Source of the DNA: Folioceros fuciformis
Lineage: Eukaryota
DNA: 20,000 nucleotides
Direction of reading: 5' to 3'
Assembly: GCA_049999805.1 (NCBI GenBank)
Contig: JBNGIO010006348.1
Location: 571,402-591,401 of the forward strand
In this document: positions 9,755-17,861 of the stretch, in pieces
How positions within the stretch are numbered: position 1 is the stretch's first letter
Layout of the letters: every line of letters begins with the position of its first letter
The notes under the pieces: model-generated
The model's input: only the letters and a program-made list of their open reading frames with translations
The model's database searches: none
What the model was told of the DNA's origin: nothing
Program-made: the position numbers and the translations under genes

Positions 9755-10412
9755 GATACAGCTCCGCTAAACATGTGGATGCGGATGTGTGGGAGTGAGC
9801 TGTTGATGCTCCAGGGGGTCTCTGATGCTTACTGCTGCGCAAGGCTCTCGATCACTGAACTAGAGTTTAGTCAGGTTGTCTTGCTAACTATCCCTCGGGC
9901 GGGGATCTTGTTCAGGGAAACCTGCATGGTATGTATATTAATCATCTCATTGTAGGCACGTGCTCTCTCGAGCACCTGCGTGGAGTGGAACCTGGTGAAT
10001 CTTAAATTCACTTTGTATCTTCTGTCGGGCTTTGAATGTGATCTACTACGAAGTAGCAGCTCACGTAGGGAGATACTCGAGGATGAGGCACACAGAGGCG
10101 ATGACGAAGTTTTGTGATTTCGGGTGAAGTTGAGGATACTCTCGGCATGCATCTGCTCTTAGAGAGTGTCGGCGTTATGTCCGAACCAACTCAAAGGTAT
10201 GAAGTATCTGGTCAATGACGAAGTCTGAGCGTGAAGAGCGTCCGCTCACATATTGGGTATTTCGTAGTCTGAAAAAAGTGTAACAGCCGGTGAACAGGCA
10301 CTTCTGAGAGGCCATGTTAATCTGAATGGCTCGATTCCAGTGCAATCCACATGAACGCCAAACAGCGTCATTCCCAGGCCCTGACATCCCGAGGAAGTGT
10401 AACGTAGCTGTC

Positions 10413-13400
10413 TTAATTGTCATCACCGCAAGAGCATGCCCCTTCTTTGAAATGATGGACACGGTGAGCATCCCTCACGATGATCTCTCGTTTTTCAATG
10501 CTAGAGATAATTTTGGTGCCGCTGTGGCAGTGAAGGCACATTTTGAGGTTCTTGGTCACCAGCAGAGTGCTGCCTTCAGGAGTGTTGAGAAGGCCGAAGG
10601 CTACAGCAAGTTTTTCAGCATGTCCACAAAGAGCATCTTCCTTCTCCTTCTCAGACAGCGATTCCAGGAATAAGTCCATTTGTGGGCCATGGCCGCCCAG
10701 TGTAAGCTGCTGATTCAGGCTCCTTAGCTTCGCTCCTGTATCATCCCTGTTTGATCCCACGGTGAATTCGTGCACCTGGTTATTGACTTCTATCGAAGCT
10801 GAGGCAAACTTCTTCTCGGCACCAGCCCATTTTCTCAAATTTTCTATGTCATCTACATCCTGCCACCTCCCTACCTCAGAATACATGTCAGACATGAGAG
10901 CATAGCACGAGGCATGCTGAGGTTCCATTTGCACAAGCCGGTCAAAGCACCGCCTTCCGACCTCGATGGTATGATATGTTCTGCTGGCGCTGAGCAAACA
11001 TCTCCAGCCGACGCTGTTTTGTGCAAATGGCATTGTTTCCAGCATTAGCTCAGCCTCGTCCAATCGGCCGGACCTGCCGAGGAGATCAACCATGCAGGTG
11101 TAGTGATCAACGCCTGGAACGAGGCCATAAGTCTCTACCATCATTCTGAAGTACTTCTGCCCCTTCTCCACCAGTCCCACATGACTGCACGCTACGAGAA
11201 GACATAGAAAGGTTGCTGCATCCGGGACAACTCCCTGTAGTTGCATTTTGTCAAAGCACTGCATTGCCTTGTCACACCTGTTGTGCTGTCCAAAGCCATT
11301 GATCAGGGCAGTCCAAGTCACCACGTCTCTCTTTGACATTCCGTCGAATACTGATTGAGCCTCCTCCAGGCTCCCACACTTTGCATACATGTCGACTAGG
11401 CTGTTTGCCACAATGAGATCTACTAGCAGCCCCTTCTCCACAACTTGTGTGTGTACCCGCTTGCCCTCCTGGATCGCCCCCACACTGCCACATGCCTTCA
11501 GAATATTCACAAACGTAGTCACATTGGGCACCACCCCTTCCTGCTGCATTCTTGCAAACAGTGTGAAGGCTTCCTGGCCAACACAATGCTGGGCATATCC
11601 TGCAATCATGCTGTTCCAAGTGATAACATCTTTGGACGTCATTGTATCAAACACTCTGCGGGCATCCTCCAGGCTCCCGCACTTCACAAACATTTCCAGG
11701 AGGCTATTCTTTATTAGCAAGTCTTCAACAAGTCCCAAATCCAAGAGCTGGGCATAGATCCGTTTGCCATCCTGCAGAGCACCTGTGTTGCCACATGCCT
11801 TCAGAATGCTTAAAAACGTTACGCTGTCAGGTCTGTTCCCATCCTCCTGCATGCTCGTGAGGAGTTGAAGAGCCGCAAGAGTATGTCCGTGCTGGGCATA
11901 GCCTGAAATCATGGCACTCCAGGTTACAGTATCTCTTGCTGGTAATCTATCAAACACTTTCCTGGCATCTACAAGGCTACCGCACTTGACGTACATGTCC
12001 ATTAAGGCACTGCCCACAAAACCATCAGTCTCAAGTCCTATTTCCACTATCTGAGCATGGATCTGTCTGCCTTCGTTTATGGCTCGGGCACTGGTACAAG
12101 CCTTCAACACGCTCAAAAACGTAGCTTTGTCTGGAGTTATTCTGTCTTCGCGCATCCCTGCAAACACCTTAAGGGCTTCTTCACCGAGCCCCTGACTAGC
12201 ATATCCTGTAATGATGGTGTTCCACGTTACTACGTTCTTGGAGGACATTCTGTCAAACATCCTTCGCGCATCCTCCAAGCTCCCACATTTTGCATACATG
12301 TTCAGGAGAGCACTCCCAACAAAAACGTTTGACTCAAACCCGTTATCAGTTACATCAGCATGCACTAGTTGTCCGGATTTCAGATCTATGGCCATGGTAC
12401 AGGCTTTAAGGACAGTCACATACAGGTACGAATCCGCTCGAATACCAGATTTTCGCATGCGGTCATAGAGCTTTATAGCATGCTCAGCTTGCCCATGCTC
12501 AGCATGCGCTGAGATGATTGAAGTCCATACAAATGCAGTTGGGGCGGCCAACTTCATAAACACTTCATCTGCCTCATTTAGGCTTCCCAATGTAGCGTAC
12601 ATACGAACGAGGTGATTTGCCAGAAACGTGTTGGTCTCATATCCACGTCTCACAGTAAGATTATGAACTCGCCGTCCGACTGGCAAATTCTTCTGTACTA
12701 TGCACCCCTTTATAAGACAGTATATCATCTCCCTGGTGATGAAAGTTCCTTCCTCAGCCATCAGATCCACAGCTTCAAAAGCCTTAAACACCTCGCCATC
12801 TTCACAAAGTTTTCTCCATGGAATAGAGCGCAAAGAATTGCACACATCCACGCTGCGAGGCAAGCAGGTTAGGACAAGGAAGTGCGGAGGCGGCTAAGTC
12901 AGAGAACCCGAAATCCCCCTGAAGAGTATTACTGCAAAACTGTCGAGAGCTGTAGAAGAAACTGCACCTCACAGGTTCAACCCCCGATGAAACACCAGAA
13001 GGCAATGGAACTGAATTTGGTACTCTAGATGGCTTCTGCTGCCGAAGGCCCATGTCCTTTACCCATCCAACTTCTAACTTAAACCGCTGGCCTTCGTCCA
13101 CGAAGGTCAGGTCCGCGAGGGGTCTCTGCAGAATTTCTCAGGCTCGTTACTAAGATCTCTATGCCATATAACCCACGTTCCATCAGCGAAGAACGAATCT
13201 TACCTTGCTCGGGCTATTTCCCCTCCATCCTCGCAATGCATTTTGATCATCTGGAAGCCAAACCAAGTTCCGAGGTCAGAAAATCAACGTGAGCTGGGCA
13301 AGCCAAATGAAAGCATACAGACCACTCACCCAGGGTGCTTCCAAGCTTCTGGCCTTCGGAATGATCTCGGAGACTGGAGAAGCTTAGGTACCCTTCTTCC

Positions 13401-13477
13401 TTGGGCAGGAAAGAACGGGATTTGATTAGCATTTGACAGGTTCCGGCCACATGGCGGAAGGACCCAACTATCCTCAT
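10413..13477 (-). CDS. PLS-class PPR with E1-E2-DYW:KP-type domain (candidate U-to-C RNA editing factor), ~930 aa; exons 13477-13330, 13250-13204, 13125-12968, 12852-10413
   Basis: The main exon encodes L-S-(P-L-S)x4-P2-L2-S2 (17 repeats), E1, E2, then KKFASASIEV...GHAEKLA...KNLKMCLHCH...HHFKEGACSCGDDN. The ORF-track start is TTG inside a CTAAC...CAG acceptor. Three upstream GT-AG introns (79, 78, 115 nt) join in frame to MRIVGSFRHVAGTCQMLIKSRSF. The main exon is near certain; the 5' exons are moderately supported. Confidence 0.9.
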
Positions 13478-13768
13478 TTGAGCAGCTCATTTGCGTTGCA
13501 ATCAGTGTCTGATACAATGGGCTGGACAGCTCCGGCTCAAAGAACGTAGAAATGGAACTCGCGCATACTGTCTGGAGCAGACGCAGCATTAGTGAGGCCA
13601 CCAGTTGCGGTGATGGAACCCGGATGGCGAGTTGAGCATCTTGGTCGGAACAGAACTCGTGCACTCTTGACACATCTCATCTTCTTCCAGCATGATCATT
13701 TCAGAAAGGATTCGGCTTCTTCATTTGCAGCGTGTTAACACTGCAGATGGTTTGGAGCGTTGTGACGA
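13478..13768. promoter_or_regulatory. Putative bidirectional promoter and 5'UTR interval between the divergent DYW:KP genes
   Basis: There are 291 bp between the predicted ATGs at 13477 (-) and 13769 (+). The call comes from gene geometry only; no convincing TATA box was seen. Confidence 0.45.
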
Positions 13769-16700
13769 ATGAAGACCTGTTTGAAGCAACGGAAATTCAT
13801 CGCTTGTCTTCCTGCGGAGGCATGGTGCAGGCGGCAATCAAGTATGCAGAGTCGCGTGAAGCGTAGGCAAATCTGTGGGCATTGATCCTCCGGTTGTTGC
13901 TCCTGTCGTAAATTCTTAGGACCTCACCGTTCCAGCTGGCTTGCAGATGACCTGGACAAGAACAACGCAGTTGTGAACATATCATTTGCTGATCCATCGC
14001 AGTTTTGGAACAGGAGGTCGGGCAAGGTGAATTGGTTTAGGTCTTAGCTGTCTCCCAATCTCTTTTGGAAGGTGTTGCCTGGTCGTTAGGTGGCAGTTGA
14101 CCCTGGGTGATCACCACAGACAGAGCTCAAGCATCTAGACTTCGTGCACAGGACAACAAACGATGGGTTGTGGCTGGACTCATTGTCAGTTCCCACCAGC
14201 AAATCGAGGAATACATTATCTGCTGGTGCGGCATCTATCCGAGAAGATGGAGGCCATGCTGGTGCAGCATCTATCCGGGAAGATGGAGGTCTTGCTGGAG
14301 ACCATCCGCATGCCGTCAGGTATGTTCACAGTGTGCACTCCTTTAGGTGTGGAGAGACTGAACTTCTAGCCTTCTTGCCACCACCGTTCCTAAATTGCGC
14401 TGTTTGATTTTGAATTTCAAGGAGGGCATGTAGGGGTGCAAGGGCTGAAGGTCCTTCAGGAGCTTGGAGCAGTTTTTATAAGACGGGACAGGTTGATGAG
14501 GTATTCCAAGCTTTGGACCTCATGCACCGGGAGGGCCTTGTGGTTTCTGTAGACTTGTTGTACCAGCTCCTCAAATGGTGCATTGCACAGAAGGACCAGG
14601 CTGCTGGGAGACGTGTCCATGCCATCACTGTGAGGAATGGGCATGAGGCAAACGCATTTCTGGGGAACCACATTATTCGCATGTATGCATCTCACGGGGA
14701 GTTGCAGAAAGCGAGTGAAGTCTTCCGCAAACTTCAACCCCCCAATGTATTTGCTTGGAGTGCAATTATCTCGGCCCATGTGGATCATGGGAAAGCAACG
14801 CGGGCTATAGAATTGTATAAGCAACTGCGGCAAACACCGGTGCCGCCTGATGACTATACCCTCGTTGCTGTTCTCAAAGCCTGTGCAAGTTCGTCGGATT
14901 TGACATCAGGAAAGCTAGTTCATGGTGATGTGGTGAAGAATGGATCCGAGTCTAATGTGTTCGTTGGTAACACATTAGTCGACATGTATTGTAAGTGTGG
15001 GAGTCTGGAGGATGCTCGCACAGTGTTTGATAAGCTCCAGACCAGAGATGTGGTGACATGGAATGCAATGATTGCTGGGTATTCTCTTCATGGGAATTGG
15101 CAGGAGGTCTTCAAGTTGTTTCAAGAAATGCAAGAGCAAAGTTTCACGCCAGATGATGTCACATTCGTCACCATTTTGAAAGCGTGTGCTAGCACGGGAA
15201 ATGTTCAGTTCGGCAGGCAAGCTCACAAGGACCTTGTGACTTGGGGAGCGGTGGCACATATCTCTGTGAGAAGTGCACTGGTGGACATGTATGCCAAGTG
15301 CCAGAGCCTTGAGGAGGCAAGAACAGTCTTTGATAGCATGCGAACAAAAGACGGTCCGATATGGAGTGCCATGATTGCAGGATATGCTCAGCATGGCTCG
15401 GGGGAAGAAGCCCTCAGGCTTTATTCAAAAATGCGGCAGGATGGCATAACTGCTAAAAAGGCCACTGTTGTCCACATCCTCAAAGTGTGTGGGACTTTGG
15501 GATGTATATTGGATGGCAAGGCTGTGCACTCCGACATCATGGAAATGAGACTAGAAGCCGATGTGTTCGTCGGGAGTGCTTTGATTGACATGTATTGTGA
15601 ATGTGGAGCCGTGGTGGATGCTCAAGCAGTGTTTGATGGACTCCCAACCAGAGATATAGCAGTTTGGAATACCCTGATCTCAGGATATGCGCACCAAGGA
15701 CTTGGTGAAGAGGCTCTCAATGTTTATCACAGGATGTTGCAAGAGGGCGTGACACCAGACAAGCTTACCTTTGTAAGCGTTCTCAACGCGTGCGCTTGTG
15801 TAGGAGCCATACATGAGGGCAAGTGGATCCATACCCAGGTGTTAAAACGTGGACTTCAGGTGGATCTCTTCGTTGCGAGCACCTTGATGGACATGTATGC
15901 CAAGTGCGGGAACCTGAACGATGCTCACAAAGTGTTCGAAAGTTTGCCCAGAAGAAATGTGGTAGCATGGAATATTATGATCGCAGCATACGGTCAACAA
16001 GGGTTGGGAGCCACGGCCCTCAAACTGTATACAACCATGCAACATGATGGTATCGTGCCAGACAAGGTCACGTTTGTTACCAGTCTTCGAGCGTGTGGCA
16101 GCACTAAGGCTGTTCAAATGGGCAAGCAAATTCACTCACAAATTGTGGAAAGAGGGCTAGAATCAGACATGTTTGTTGTAAGTGCCCTTATGGACATGTA
16201 CGGAAAATGCGGGTGTCCTAGGGATGCCCGCAAGGTGTTTGACAGCTTGCGGGCACGTGACGTTGTGGCATGGAACATAATCTGTGCAGCATACGCGCAA
16301 AATGGGCTTGGTCGGGATGCCATTCAACTTTTCAAAAGCATGCAGCTGGATAACATTACACCAGATCAGACCACGTTTGTGACAGTTCTCAAGGCATGTT
16401 CAAGCACTGGGGCGATACAGGAAGGGCAGCAAATTCATTCCCAGATTGTCGGAAGAGGACTTGAAGCTGATACCGTTGTCGGGAATGCCCTCATAGATAT
16501 GTACACCACCTTTGGGAGACTGGAGGAGGCTCGACAGGTCTTTGAAACAGTGCCAGCCAAGGATATAGTGACATGGAGTGTTATGATCGCTGGATATGCT
16601 CAACATGGCCTTGGTCAGGAGGCCCTTGCACTCAACAGGAAGATGCAGCGGAGTGGTGTGATCCCAAACAACAGTGTCATCTTTGCAGGCCTTCTGAAAG

Positions 16701-17791
16701 CATGTTGCAGCGTCGGCGCCTTACAGGAGGGAAGGCGGACACATGCGCAGATTCTTGAGCAGGGGATGGAAGAAGATTTGTTTGTTGCAAGCACCCTGGT
16801 AGACATGTATGTGAGGTGTGGGAATCTAGAGGATGCACAGACAGTTTTCGACCGTTTGCCATGTAAAGACGTTGTGGCATGGACTGCTCTGATCAATGGA
16901 TATGGCCGGCACCACGACTGGAAGACGGCATTGGGATTATTTGACAGGATGCAAGAACAGGACTTGGAGCCCGACTCTGCAACTTTCACATCGCTGCTCT
17001 CAAGCTGCAGCCATCTGGGCTTGGTTGCGGAGGGTCAGAAGTATTTCAGGATGATGGAGGATTGTCACTCCATCACGCAGACTGTAGAACATTACACGGC
17101 GATGGTGGATCTGCTTGGCAGGGCAGGTCTGTTTGATGAAGCTCAAAGTCTGTTAGGATATACCCCCTTGTCAGGGCTCGGTGCGGGATGGAGGGCTTTG
17201 CTAAGCGCTTGCAAGAAGTTCTGCAACGTGGAACTCGGAAGGTTGTGTTTTAATCGGCTCGTGGAAATGGAACCTGAACAGGCTGTTGCGTACGTGTTAA
17301 TGTCAAGCATCTATGAGAATGCAGACAGGTGGGAGGACGTTGATGTCATTAAGAAGATGAGAAAGCGGGCAGGTGCGAACAAAATGCCAGCACTGGCGTC
17401 CATTCAGGTGGATGGTAAGGTGCATGAGTTCGTTGTGGGCGATAAAGGATTCCAGCAAGCAGATGATGTTTACAGCAAGTTGATGAGTTTGAATGAGCGG
17501 ATGAAGGAGGAAGGGCATGTGGCCCATACCGGCCCGGTACTGGAACCAGTGTCTGAAGCTGAAAGAGAGGAGGCTCTGTGCGGGCATGCTGAGAAGCTAG
17601 CTATAGCTTATGGTCTTCTGAATACACGAGAAGGCACACCCTTGTTAGTCGTTAAGAATCTGAGGATGTGCCAGCATTGTCACGACGGCAGCAAGTTCAT
17701 CTCAAGGACTGAAGGGCGTGAAATAGTAGTTAGAGATGCTCATTGTGTGCACCATTTCAAGGACGGCTTTTGTTCTTGCGGAGATCAATAA
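13769..17791 (+). CDS. PLS-class PPR with E1-E2-DYW:KP-type domain (candidate U-to-C RNA editing factor), ~1240-1247 aa; exons 13769-13862 (or -13841), 13947-14026, 14120-14319, 14422-17791
   Basis: The main exon encodes L-S-(P-L-S)x7-P2-L2-S2 (26 repeats), E1, E2, then KMPALASIQV...GHAEKLA...KNLRMCQHCH...HHFKDGFCSCGDQ. The frame is open upstream of the TTG ORF start back to the acceptor at 14421. Three GT-AG introns join in frame to the basic leader MKTCLKQRKFIACLPAEAWCRRQSS. The main exon is near certain; the first exon is the least certain. Confidence 0.9.
14221..14298 (+). repeat. In-frame 36-bp tandem duplication in predicted exon 3 (AGAASIREDGGH / AGAASIREDGGL)
   Basis: Units at 14221-14256 and 14257-14292, plus a partial TGCTGG. 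Confidence 0.92.
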
Positions 17792-17861
17792 TCTTCTACC
17801 TTCCTGTGCTTGTGAGAGTAGTCCGGGATTGACTGTGTACCTGTGTTTCATGCCACCAACC

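Noticed and set aside
9755-10412. Short ORFs between the convergent PPR genes
   Set aside because: They have no motifs or consistent exon chain, and the interval fits two 3'UTRs.
12861-12863. ORF-track starts at 12863, 14513 and 7238 as real start codons
   Set aside because: All three are TTG. The start at 12863 lies in an intron acceptor region, 14513 is internal to an exon, and 7238 precedes an in-frame ATG at 7256.
13091-13106. Short hairpin CCTTCGT-CC-ACGAAGG, and similar 7-bp stems at 2861-2878 and 4847-4870
   Set aside because: Stems of 7 bp are expected by chance in 20 kb, and there is no supporting context.
13326-13673. 115-aa minus-strand ORF as first exon of the minus-strand DYW gene
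   Set aside because: It starts at GTG, and splicing at the 13329 donor in this frame gives an immediate TGA. The frame from ATG 13477 splices through cleanly.
10413-17791. Calling the two PLS genes ordinary C-to-U DYW factors or naming angiosperm orthologues
   Set aside because: They lack the PG box, SHP, HSE and terminal DYW, and PPR orthology cannot be assigned by eye.
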